From a virus (Duplodnaviria; Caudoviricetes), in the IMG/VR virus record IMGVR_UViG_3300033406_000372, positions 1 to 40,393 of that record: 40,393 nt of DNA; one strand, given 5' to 3'. The position numbers and the translations under genes were made by a program. The notes beneath the pieces are model-generated. The model was not told where the DNA came from. It ran no database searches and saw only the letters and a list, made by a program, of their open reading frames with translations. Positions 1-8,245 of the stretch are shown here, piece after piece. Numbering within the stretch: position 1 is the first letter of the stretch; every line of letters begins with the position of its first letter.

Positions 1-921
1 TCATATTGTTGGTGCTTCAAAAATATCACAATACTCAAAATAGTAAGCCATTAAAGTAAATATGGCTGAATCTATGGCGATTGAATGCTTAGGATACGCT
101 TTCTCGTAAATATATAAAAAAACTTGATCGTTCTTATCCGCTGAATCAGAGATGTCTTTCAATGCCTCATTGTATAAGCCATTGAATACATTTCTAAGTT
201 CATTTTTTGCGAACTTACTATTTAGTTCAAAAAAATCAAATATTGCATATTCATTTATTCTATAGCAATTTAAAAAATGAGCAATATTATCACTTAGGTT
301 GTTGAAAGTAATTTTTTGAATAAAATCAGGATTTGCAGGGATTATTTCTTGCAGTGAATTAGTTTTGACTTCAAGTAAATAATTCACAACATCATTCATA
401 ACGCCATATTCAACATCAGTATTGTCAGGAGCAGGTATAATGCCTATAACATGAGTCATGGAATCTTCATCTAAACTCATGAAAATATCTTCTAAGTTCT
501 TTGAAAGAAAAGTGTCTATTGTTATATCTGAGTATTGATTCCTTATTTTTTGTAATTCCTCATATAAACTCGCATAAGCTCCTTTATATTTGTCATTAAC
601 AACATAATAAAAAGTATTTATTGGGGTTAAACTTTGCCAATATGAATATAGCCCATTAAAATCTGTAACAAGCTTTTCTATTGTTTCTTTTTCCTTTGCT
701 AGAATGTTTTCAGGAGCATAAACTTGATAATAAGTTCCAGTAGTCGAATCAAATCCATCATTCTTTCTATCTCCATACTGACCCTGAGGTTTAACTTGGC
801 GAAATGCTGGATTATATCGCTGCATTATTTGGGTAAAGAATGTCTCAAATGCTGTTCCATCATAAGAATAAATCTTATTTTGAAACATTAAACGAGCTAT
901 ATATCTAGTATTACTATCCAT
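1..921 (-). CDS. lmuA: Lamassu/ABC-three-component effector (LmuA-like): N-terminal restriction-endonuclease-like domain plus ABC-3C C-terminal domain
   Basis: N-terminal FETFF...GDRKNDG...YQVYAPE nuclease-like motif; C-terminal LMAYYFEYCDIFE typical of the ABC-3C CTD; ATG at 921 preferred over TTG at 930 because a -7 box sits at 938-945. Confidence 0.72.
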   Translation of the reverse strand: MDSNTRYIARLMFQNKIYSYDGTAFETFFTQIMQRYNPAFRQVKPQGQYGDRKNDGFDSTTGTYYQVYAPENILAKEKETIEKLVTDFNGLYSYWQSLTPINTFYYVVNDKYKGAYASLYEELQKIRNQYSDITIDTFLSKNLEDIFMSLDEDSMTHVIGIIPAPDNTDVEYGVMNDVVNYLLEVKTNSLQEIIPANPDFIQKITFNNLSDNIAHFLNCYRINEYAIFDFFELNSKFAKNELRNVFNGLYNEALKDISDSADKNDQVFLYIYEKAYPKHSIAIDSAIFTLMAYYFEYCDIFEAPTI

Positions 922-937
922 ATCAAACAACTTCTTG

Positions 938-945
938 CAAAGTTA
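938..945 (-). promoter_or_regulatory. Bacteroidota -7 promoter box (TAACTTTG) for the LmuA-like gene
   Basis: CAAAGTTA on + strand reads TAACTTTG on - strand, matching TAnnTTTG, 16 nt upstream of the ATG. Confidence 0.55.
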
Positions 946-1149
946 ATCATATCTACTGAATTGAGATTGTTTTACTGGAATTATCTTTTCGGAAGGTATC
1001 CAGTTAGCCTAATCTATATCTTTAATTATAAGGTCTATACTTCAAAAATAATTTGGGTCATCTATTGAGAGTGACATTTTTCAAAGGTTCCATAATTGGC
1101 TTTTTCGATATTTCTTTCAAGTATGTGATATGTCTTTGTTTATCTTAGA

Positions 1150-1497
1150 TTAAATATCAATTGCTGACCCGCCAATAATTTCATTCTTACCTGATATATT
1201 GAATGTGAATGCGAGATCAGCTTCTTGTTCTATAATTATAGATTCAAACCACGAATTGTCGGATGGGAAATGCAAATAATAGCTGTCGGAGCCCATGCCT
1301 TTTCTACTTTGATCTATACGATTGAAATAATCTTTAAGCCTGTTGGCTTCGTTTGCATCAAAGAAAACTGTTATAGCATTTTCTTCTTTTCTGGTTTCTA
1401 AATATGTAAAGGTTCGTCTGTAAATTTTCTGATCATTAATATGACCTGGAATAATATATTTATTTCCAATCAATGCTGAAATTTCAAGTGTTTTCAT
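1150..1497 (-). CDS. Hypothetical protein (accessory, lysogeny side)
   Basis: 115-aa ORF with ATG start, co-oriented with neighbours; no motif recognised. Confidence 0.6.
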   Translation of the reverse strand: MKTLEISALIGNKYIIPGHINDQKIYRRTFTYLETRKEENAITVFFDANEANRLKDYFNRIDQSRKGMGSDSYYLHFPSDNSWFESIIIEQEADLAFTFNISGKNEIIGGSAIDI

Positions 1498-1546
1498 AAC
1501 TCAGTAATATTAGTTTTTAGATCATTCCTTACCTATCTACACACAT

Positions 1547-2197
1547 TTAACTTGGATCGGCCTGAGGTATTTCTTCCGTGTTTTTGCTTTTTTTTTCTTC
1601 ATATTTTTGAAGAAGAGTTATTATTTGATATTTCTCTCGTATATAATCTGGAAATTGTTTCACTTCTTCTATTCTTTTATTATCGAAATCACTTTCTTTC
1701 TCCCAATTGGTTTTGTCCTTTAGAATAGACAATATCATTTGAGATAGTCCCTCACTATATGACTCTTTGTACTTTTGTTCATTAAAATCACGGCTTTGTT
1801 CATAAGCATTAACTCCTTTTATTGCATAACCTACTGATGATTTGCATAAATTCTCGTTGATGGAGGTATACGAAAGAGTCCGATATGTTTCACCAATATT
1901 GTAAAGTACTGAATTTTTTAAGTCTTGAAGTTCTTTGGTTTTATCTTGAAGTTCTGCGTTAAGTTTGTTTCTCTCTGTTTTATTTCCGTCATTTATTTCT
2001 TTGATTTTATCTTGAAATTCTTTTTTAATTTCAGCAACTTGAGCATAGTTTCCTACTACAATGAATGTGGCAAGGATTCCAACAAAAACTAAAACTATTG
2101 CTTCATTAGTTAGTACAAAGCTACTGATATTGAGTGCTATGGAGATTATTAAAAGAAGGATACTTGCTCCAAAAAGCCAATAGTTTTTGTTTTTCAT
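1547..2197 (-). CDS. Membrane protein with two N-terminal TM helices, a coiled coil and a helical C-terminal domain (possible superinfection exclusion)
   Basis: Two hydrophobic stretches at about aa 7-29 and 33-50, then a K/E-rich coil; immediately downstream of cI. Confidence 0.65.
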   Translation of the reverse strand: MKNKNYWLFGASILLLIISIALNISSFVLTNEAIVLVFVGILATFIVVGNYAQVAEIKKEFQDKIKEINDGNKTERNKLNAELQDKTKELQDLKNSVLYNIGETYRTLSYTSINENLCKSSVGYAIKGVNAYEQSRDFNEQKYKESYSEGLSQMILSILKDKTNWEKESDFDNKRIEEVKQFPDYIREKYQIITLLQKYEEKKSKNTEEIPQADPS

Positions 2198-2230
2198 CTT
2201 CCTATTGATTTGAGGTTAAGGTACTAAATA

Positions 2231-2926
2231 TTATATTCTTGCGTTTCTCTCTACAATCTTAATCACATTGAATAGCTCTGCCACATCCCGTAGATTCACT
2301 TCAAAATCGTCGAAGATAGGATTGAGGGGGTGGCATTTGATAATGCCGTTTTCCACGTCATGATCTATGATCTGCTTGACAACGATTCCGTCGTTCTTGT
2401 AGACGATGACGAAGAACCAGTCCTTATAATTCAGCTTAGATTTCCAATCATCCGGCTTTACCTCTCTGCATAATATCTTATCCCCATCACAAAGAGCATT
2501 GCGACTTCCATCGTCCATGCTATCACCTTCTACCTCTATCACTCTGTATTTGCCTCGATAGGTCTTATCTACTATCACAGGAAAGGTTGGCAATGTCTTG
2601 ATATATTCAAGATCACCATAACCTCGGCCATAGCCGGCTTGCGCATGGATGGGGACGAATGGAATATTTAAAAATTGGAGATCGGACACCGCATGAGCCG
2701 AGTCTTCCAATTCTTTTAGCATACCACCCTCTCCAGTAATTAGCCATCCTGTGTTTAAATCAGGATATTGCACAGCAATTCTGCTTAAGGTGTTAGGGAG
2801 AATGCTTTTTCTAATACTATTCACAAAACCACCGGATAATCCAACTGATAAAGCGAATTTTGCCTGAGAAATGTGCTTGTATTTTAAAAATTGAATAAGC
2901 CTGTCTTTTACGGTTGTAGCCTCCAT
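2231..2926 (-). CDS. cI: CI-like repressor: HTH plus S24 autopeptidase (RecA-inducible)
   Basis: N-terminal HTH (SQAKFALSVGLSGGFVN), WLITGEG linker, AQAG cleavage site, GDSM catalytic Ser, VVKQI catalytic Lys; divergent from the early operon. Confidence 0.92.
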   Translation of the reverse strand: MEATTVKDRLIQFLKYKHISQAKFALSVGLSGGFVNSIRKSILPNTLSRIAVQYPDLNTGWLITGEGGMLKELEDSAHAVSDLQFLNIPFVPIHAQAGYGRGYGDLEYIKTLPTFPVIVDKTYRGKYRVIEVEGDSMDDGSRNALCDGDKILCREVKPDDWKSKLNYKDWFFVIVYKNDGIVVKQIIDHDVENGIIKCHPLNPIFDDFEVNLRDVAELFNVIKIVERNARI

Positions 2927-2941
2927 TTATAATAAAATAAC

Positions 2942-3033
2942 GTAGTAATGCTGTTTATTTAACGCTGCAAATTTCAAAAACACATAGCAATGCTATATCT
3001 TTGCATCGTGTTACAAATGTAACGGCAAATGTA
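2942..3033. promoter_or_regulatory. Lysis/lysogeny switch: operators and overlapping promoters
   Basis: Palindrome ATAGCAATGCTAT (2984-2996) and variant GTAGTAATGCTGT (2942-2954); rightward -7 box TATCTTTG at 2996-3003; leftward -7 boxes TACATTTG at 3014-3021 and 3026-3033. Confidence 0.65.
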
Positions 3034-3062
3034 ACAAAAAACAATGACTAAAAATAATCATT

Positions 3063-3356
3063 ATGAAAACATCAGTTTCAAAATCAGCGGTTATGTCAAG
3101 GGCTTGGAGAATTTTCAAAAGCAACAATTTTCTGTTTCCAACATTCTCATTAGCACTCCAAAGAGCTTGGAAAGTTGAAAAGCAAATCATAGCAGACAAA
3201 GAGAAAAAAACAAAATGGCAGGCTGAAATGATGTTGAACGAGGCAGCAGAAAACGTACCGCCTATTGATAATCAATCAGAGGCTTATTATAGATCAGAAG
3301 CCTACATTCGTGGGGCTATGGAGTATTACAGAACAGCTCATTACACTGGAGATTAA
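3063..3356 (+). CDS. First early gene, small conserved-type phage protein
   Basis: KSAVMSRAWRIFK...FSLALQRAW motif of a type I recall from Bacteroidota phage early proteins; A-rich leader. Confidence 0.7.
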   Translation: MKTSVSKSAVMSRAWRIFKSNNFLFPTFSLALQRAWKVEKQIIADKEKKTKWQAEMMLNEAAENVPPIDNQSEAYYRSEAYIRGAMEYYRTAHYTGD

Positions 3357-3357
3357 G

Positions 3358-3546
3358 ATGGAAGCAATGGAAAGACTTAAAGAATTAGTCGCGGTCTTTG
3401 AAAAGGCCAGTGCAAGATTGAGGGATGCACTTTGGGTCGCCCGTAGAAATCCCGATAGCGCATTCATGCGAGATCAGGTGGAGATTAAAACAATGTCTCT
3501 TGATTTCTGGAAACGTCAAATCACAAAACAATCAATTGCCTTATGA
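3358..3546 (+). CDS. Hypothetical protein
   Basis: ATG 1 nt after the upstream stop; ATGA overlap with the next gene. Confidence 0.55.
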   Translation: MEAMERLKELVAVFEKASARLRDALWVARRNPDSAFMRDQVEIKTMSLDFWKRQITKQSIAL

Positions 3547-3896
3547 ATTTATCAACAAGAGAACTCGAAGTCATGGAGTTGACGGCGTGGGGTGCCTCGG
3601 CAAAAGAAACGGCAGACCGTTTGTGTGTCTCTACGTTTACGGTACAAAATCATTTGAAAAACATTAAAGAGAAATTGCATTTGCAGAAAGCAACTGAGAT
3701 CGCCGCTGTGTTCTTCTGTATGAAGTTTCATATCAGCATGGACATGTCACCCATGAAACGTCAGGTGAGCGCTATCTGCTTGTTAGTCTTGATGACAGTC
3801 CAGATGATCTTTATCAACAATCTGGATTTGAGAAATATGAAGGTGAGAGATGAATGTAGGACTAAGGTCGAAACCGTAAAATTTGAAATCGAATAA
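3543..3896 (+). CDS. LuxR-type HTH regulator with a C-terminal hydrophobic segment
   Basis: LSTRELEVMELTAWGASAKETADRLCVSTFTVQNHLKNIKEKL is a clear GerE/LuxR HTH. Confidence 0.85.
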   Translation: MNLSTRELEVMELTAWGASAKETADRLCVSTFTVQNHLKNIKEKLHLQKATEIAAVFFCMKFHISMDMSPMKRQVSAICLLVLMTVQMIFINNLDLRNMKVRDECRTKVETVKFEIE

Positions 3897-3910
3897 ATAA
3901 ACATATCACA

Positions 3911-4141
3911 ATGGACAAGATTGAAGAAAGAAAAGAAGAACTCGAAAGAGCTGATAATGCTAAAATGATTGAGGCTGGTGCCATCGCCCTTGAAGTCGGT
4001 GATGAGGAAGAATTCGTGCTTAGAGATATTCAGGCTTTACAACGGGTCAGAACGCGGATGGCGCGTCTTGGTCTGAAAACCGGAAGATCGTATTATACCA
4101 AGGTAAAGGGGAATACGATAACAATAAGGAGGGGCGCGTGA
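3911..4141 (+). CDS. Hypothetical small DNA-binding-like protein
   Basis: 76-aa ORF, basic C-terminus, TGATG coupling to the next gene. Confidence 0.6.
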   Translation: MDKIEERKEELERADNAKMIEAGAIALEVGDEEEFVLRDIQALQRVRTRMARLGLKTGRSYYTKVKGNTITIRRGA

Positions 4142-4404
4142 TGACACTTTTAGAAGAGAAAGAAATCAGGATTGAATCTGCTGAACTTGGTGCTGAACAT
4201 GTACTGAAACGGTTAGGCATAGTTCGAGATACTATCTCACAGCGTGAGGCCTACGCTCAATTCGGGGAGGCCATGGTAAGAAGCTGGGTTAATCGCCAAC
4301 TGATAACACCTACGAAAGTGGGAGAGCGTAATAGTAAAGTTTCTTACAGTTATTCAGAATTGAGGCTATTGAAGAAACTGACCGGTAATAGAAAATTGAG
4401 ATAA
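4141..4404 (+). CDS. Excisionase-like winged-helix protein
   Basis: ISQREAYAQFGEAMVRSWVNRQLITP...SKVSYS pattern resembles a Xis/MerR-like wHTH; early-operon position. Confidence 0.55.
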   Translation: MTLLEEKEIRIESAELGAEHVLKRLGIVRDTISQREAYAQFGEAMVRSWVNRQLITPTKVGERNSKVSYSYSELRLLKKLTGNRKLR

Positions 4405-4426
4405 CACTAATAACATTCAAAATAAT

Positions 4427-5359
4427 ATGTCACTTATCAGAAAACCGTACGAGTTAGACGTACAAACAAAATTAAAAATGCTTGTTTATGGACAAGCCGG
4501 TGCCGGAAAAACGACTCTTGCGCTGAGTGCTCCAAAACCTTTGTTGTTAGATTTTGATGGTGGTGTTCACCGTGTGAATTATGGGCACCAAACCGAAACG
4601 GTACAGATCAAACGTTGGGAAGATTGCGAGGATGTTTTCAAAGAAGATTTAAGTGCTTTTGAAAGTCTTGTGATTGATACCGGAGGTAAGATGCTGGACT
4701 TTATGGCAGACTATATCATCCGTAAGAATTCCAAAATGGGCAAGCTTAATGGAGCCCTGACTTTACAGGGTTTTGGAGAAAGAAAAGGGATGTTCCGTCA
4801 GTTTTGTAAGCAGGTCATGCTTATGGATAAGCATCTGATTTTTGTCGCTCACCGCGATACACAGAAGAATGATGAATCAATTCGGTATGTACCTCTCTTT
4901 GGTGGATCGTCTTATGATGATCTTGTCACTGATCTTGATCTGGTAGGTTATCTTGAAACGGTAGGTCGTAAACGTACCATTACGTTTGACCCTACGGATC
5001 GTAACGATGGGAAAAATACCTGTAACCTTCCCTCGACAATGGAACTGCCGATTGTTGTAGATGAAGACGGAAAGGCTTATGCAAACACCTTTTTGCAAAA
5101 GCACGTTATAGCTCCATACATCACCAATCTGGAGAAACGAAAAAAAGTTGGTGCCGCTTATAATAAAGTCATTGAAGAACTAAAGGAAGCCATTAATCTG
5201 ATTACTGATGAAGTTTCTGCTAATGATTTTATAAGCCGTATAGATGCTTATAAGCACGTTGGTAATTCCAAGGCCGTGGCCGGACAATTGGTGGCTCGAA
5301 AAGCTGCTGAGTTAAAATTGAAGCTCAATAAGGAAAAGAAATATGAGCACGCAGCCTAA
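4427..5359 (+). CDS. AAA_24 / Sak4-like single-strand-annealing ATPase
   Basis: Walker A GQAGAGKT, LLLDFDGG, Walker B LVIDT, IFVAH; adjacent to an exonuclease. Confidence 0.85.
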   Translation: MSLIRKPYELDVQTKLKMLVYGQAGAGKTTLALSAPKPLLLDFDGGVHRVNYGHQTETVQIKRWEDCEDVFKEDLSAFESLVIDTGGKMLDFMADYIIRKNSKMGKLNGALTLQGFGERKGMFRQFCKQVMLMDKHLIFVAHRDTQKNDESIRYVPLFGGSSYDDLVTDLDLVGYLETVGRKRTITFDPTDRNDGKNTCNLPSTMELPIVVDEDGKAYANTFLQKHVIAPYITNLEKRKKVGAAYNKVIEELKEAINLITDEVSANDFISRIDAYKHVGNSKAVAGQLVARKAAELKLKLNKEKKYEHAA

Positions 5360-6107
5360 ATATCAGTTCTATGCTACACTGTTGGATGCTTATGAAGGAT
5401 ATATCCATTCATCCGAGATATACCGCCAGTATTGGGGCTTCTCGGATGATCCTCCAAAGTCGGAAGAGGAGTTTGAACAAGAGCAATATCAAAGATTGCT
5501 CGATAGGATCAACAGGGTGCCGTTTGATAGTGAAGCAGCAGATAGAGGAACGGCGTTTAACGAGGTGATAGATTGCCTCATTCAAAACAAGAAATCAGAT
5601 AAGATGGAGATTTGGAGCGATAGGGATGCCGGTATGATAGCAGCATGTTTCAATAACCGGACTTTCGGGTTTCCAATCTCTCTTTGTAAGGAGTTTGCGA
5701 CATATTACCAAGATGCAATTTCTCAGGTGTTGACAGAGGCTATTTTGCCAACTCGTTACGGCGATGTTTTGTTGTACGGATATATCGATGAACTCATGCC
5801 GCTATCAGTCCATGACATTAAGATGACAGGGAAGTATAGCTCGGGAAAGTTTCGTGAGCATTGGCAGCATATTGTTTATCCGTATTGCCTGAATAAAAGC
5901 GGTAATCATATCAATGACTTTGAATACAACATTGTCGTGATTACAAAGAACGGCTACAACACTTACACCGAGCAATATGCTTATGTTCCTGAAAGGGATA
6001 TCCCCGAACTGACGAATCATGTTGAAGGCCTTATCCGGTTTCTCGAACAGAACAGAGACAAAGTCACCGATAAAAAGATTTTCAATGACCTTCAAACTGA
6101 AATCTGA
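5343..6107 (+). CDS. PD-(D/E)XK (Cas4/RecB-like) exonuclease, recombination partner
   Basis: RGTAFNEVID, GYIDEL, HDIK and WQHIVY motifs. Confidence 0.75.
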   Translation: MSTQPKYQFYATLLDAYEGYIHSSEIYRQYWGFSDDPPKSEEEFEQEQYQRLLDRINRVPFDSEAADRGTAFNEVIDCLIQNKKSDKMEIWSDRDAGMIAACFNNRTFGFPISLCKEFATYYQDAISQVLTEAILPTRYGDVLLYGYIDELMPLSVHDIKMTGKYSSGKFREHWQHIVYPYCLNKSGNHINDFEYNIVVITKNGYNTYTEQYAYVPERDIPELTNHVEGLIRFLEQNRDKVTDKKIFNDLQTEI

Positions 6108-6501
6108 GGAGAATAGGGATGCCGTTATCGCGTATTTGCAAGCCCTTGATATTCTGAAAGTGAAATTTACTGTTACAATTTCAAAGATCAAGAAACAAAG
6201 ATCCATCGATCAAAATTGCTTGTATTGGCTTTGGATAGCTTGCATTTGTCAGGAGACGGGGAACGATAAAGATGATGTACACATGTATTTCCGTGAGTAT
6301 TTCCTTGGATATTCGGAAAAGCGAATGTTTGGGTCTTTGGTTCGTAGGGTACGAAGCACAACGGAACTCGATACTAAACAATTCACAGATTATCTCAAAA
6401 AAATAAAAGTATGGGCATCTCGCGAACTTGGCATTGCCTTGCCAGATCCAAACGATGCATATTTCGAGTCATTCAAAGAAATCTATCAAAACTATATTTA
6501 A
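6085..6501 (+). CDS. NinB/Orf-like recombination protein
   Basis: RSIDQNCLYWLW and STTELDTKQFTDYL...GIALPDP motifs. Confidence 0.8.
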   Translation: MTFKLKSEENRDAVIAYLQALDILKVKFTVTISKIKKQRSIDQNCLYWLWIACICQETGNDKDDVHMYFREYFLGYSEKRMFGSLVRRVRSTTELDTKQFTDYLKKIKVWASRELGIALPDPNDAYFESFKEIYQNYI

Positions 6502-6502
6502 G

Positions 6503-6688
6503 ATGGGGCAGATAAGTGAAGATATTCAAGATGGATCTTGTTGTTCGTTATGCGGACAGTACTTCCAATATCCAAAAACTGATGGAATCTATGTGCATGG
6601 ACATCCCGTTGTTTGTTGGGATTGCTGGAAAGATCTAAACAAAAAGGATAGAAGAATATACAAAAGAGCAGATGTAAAAACAATCTAA
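6503..6688 (+). CDS. Small Cys-rich (Zn-ribbon) protein
   Basis: CSLC...CWDC pairs; ATG 1 nt after the upstream stop. Confidence 0.65.
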   Translation: MGQISEDIQDGSCCSLCGQYFQYPKTDGIYVHGHPVVCWDCWKDLNKKDRRIYKRADVKTI

Positions 6689-6696
6689 ACAGATTA

Positions 6697-7558
6697 ATTA
6701 TGGATAAAGTACAAACACGCAAGGATGAGATCATAAAAACGGTCTCGACACCGGCAGCATTGCAAAAATGCAAGGATATGTTTATAAACAAGTCCTTATA
6801 TCGGACTTGGCAAGATGAATGTGTTGATGAGTCCACCGGGAAAGTGGTGTCGGTGGATAGAAAAGAAGTGATCTGTGATAAGGGAGAGGTGATTACGTCA
6901 GACCTGATCTCCGAACTCCTGTTTAACCTCGAAGCGAAAGAGATAACGGAGATTGAGGTATCCAATCAGCAACGTGCGGCTTTTGAAGCACATTACGGAA
7001 CGAGTATTTATTGGGTAGTTGCAGAGATCGGGCCGAAAGCGAAAAAGGTCAAGTTTTTGTTCTCTGCGGTTAGTATTCCGGTGGCACTGGATATTATCAA
7101 AGATTACATCGAACTCAACTTCAACGGAAGTTATAATGTTATTTCGATGAAGGAATTCAAGACAGATGTAGTCTTGGATGACAAGCTGTCCAAGAAAGAG
7201 GAGGAAGTTGTCGAAGATGATGATGATGCAATTGATAATGACAAGTTCTATCAAATTATGGCAACTATCACCAATTCGGATGCCTATACCTATACCGCTA
7301 ATGCAGTCATTAAATCGGTTGATCTTGACCATGCCATGGAGATACTCCGAGAGCGCATCAAGAGTCAACGTCCTGAAGAAGAATTTACCATCAAATTAGA
7401 AGAGGCTAAAATCCTTCAAGTAGATTATATCATCGAAGAAGAATTCTTGGCTGCTTATGCACCGGAATAATGGATCATTCAGAGAGATTTATCAAAACTA
7501 TATTTAATAGGCTTTCGGTTAAAATCAAATTATTATGGATAAAGAACAAACGCGCAAG
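6697..7558 (+). repeat. 27-bp direct repeat (25/27 identical) at the starts of two consecutive genes: 6697-6723 and 7532-7558
   Basis: ATTATGGATAAAGTACAAACACGCAAG vs ATTATGGATAAAGAACAAACGCGCAAG. Confidence 0.8.
6700..7470 (+). CDS. Early protein with an RNA polymerase beta SI1/BBM2-like N-terminal module and a DUF4494-like two-repeat C-terminal region
   Basis: RTWQDECVDESTGKVVSVDRKEVICDKGEVITSDLISEL resembles my recollection of the Bacteroidota RpoB insert (KTWxEDFVDEDTGEVVSIERNEV); the C-terminal half has two similar beta-beta-alpha-beta units. Confidence 0.6.
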   Translation: MDKVQTRKDEIIKTVSTPAALQKCKDMFINKSLYRTWQDECVDESTGKVVSVDRKEVICDKGEVITSDLISELLFNLEAKEITEIEVSNQQRAAFEAHYGTSIYWVVAEIGPKAKKVKFLFSAVSIPVALDIIKDYIELNFNGSYNVISMKEFKTDVVLDDKLSKKEEEVVEDDDDAIDNDKFYQIMATITNSDAYTYTANAVIKSVDLDHAMEILRERIKSQRPEEEFTIKLEEAKILQVDYIIEEEFLAAYAPE

Positions 7559-7741
7559 AAGCAACAGCGAAGGTATACTCTTCATGCAAATATGAGGCGT
7601 TATGGGTATCCAGTAATAGCAAGATGCCGACAAGTTGATGTTCCATATAGTTTGCTCGCGAATCCACCTCGACCCCTTATTCATAAATGGATTGAAGAGT
7701 TGAAGGCGTATGGTTATGAATTTCAAGTGTCAATAGAATGA
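7535..7741 (+). CDS. Small basic hypothetical protein
   Basis: 68-aa ORF; ATGA overlap with VRR-NUC. Confidence 0.65.
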   Translation: MDKEQTRKKQQRRYTLHANMRRYGYPVIARCRQVDVPYSLLANPPRPLIHKWIEELKAYGYEFQVSIE

Positions 7742-8106
7742 ATCATCTTGAAGCAGAAATACAAGAGGCTTGTGTCCGTTGGTTTCAGTATCAGTACTCC
7801 CATATTGGGAATTTACTCTTTGCCGTTCCCAATGGAGGAAGCCGTAATAAGATAGAGGCAGTAAATCTGAAACGTCAGGGTGTTACGCCAGGCGTTTCGG
7901 ATCTGATCCTCTTTCAGAAAAGAGAGACCTATGGTGCCCTTTGTATTGAAATGAAAGCCGGAAAGGGGACACAATCAGATGCTCAGAAAGTATGGCAGAA
8001 AACCGTTGAAAGGTTCGGCTATAAATATGTGATCTGCTATTCCCTTGAGGAATTTATTAATGAGGTTAATGGATATATGAATTTAGGAAGTTATGACAGA
8101 AGATGA
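7738..8106 (+). CDS. VRR-NUC domain nuclease (Holliday-junction resolvase-like)
   Basis: EAEIQ, FAVPNGG, GVTPGVSDL, IEMK and QSDAQKVWQ motifs. Confidence 0.9.
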   Translation: MNHLEAEIQEACVRWFQYQYSHIGNLLFAVPNGGSRNKIEAVNLKRQGVTPGVSDLILFQKRETYGALCIEMKAGKGTQSDAQKVWQKTVERFGYKYVICYSLEEFINEVNGYMNLGSYDRR

Positions 8107-8245
8107 ATTAAAACAGGATGCTGAAAAGGTCGACATCCTAATGCATTTTTATGGTAAATGTTCGCTCTTTGAGCTACGCGCTATGCATCGGTTACTGCAT
8201 ATCTACAGAAGCCGGGATAAAGAGCAATTAAGATCAAGTCTATGA
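8093..8245 (+). CDS. Small hypothetical protein (50 aa, below the ORF-track cutoff)
   Basis: MTEDELKQDAEKVDILMHFYGKCSLFELRAMHRLLHIYRSRDKEQLRSSL; fills the gap and has an ATGA overlap with 8242. Confidence 0.55.
   Translation: MTEDELKQDAEKVDILMHFYGKCSLFELRAMHRLLHIYRSRDKEQLRSSL

Noticed and set aside
946-1149. Possible pseudogene on the - strand (KNIEKANYGTFEKMSLSIDDPNYF*...)
   Set aside because: Short, interrupted by stops and with no recognisable homology; cannot be supported without a search
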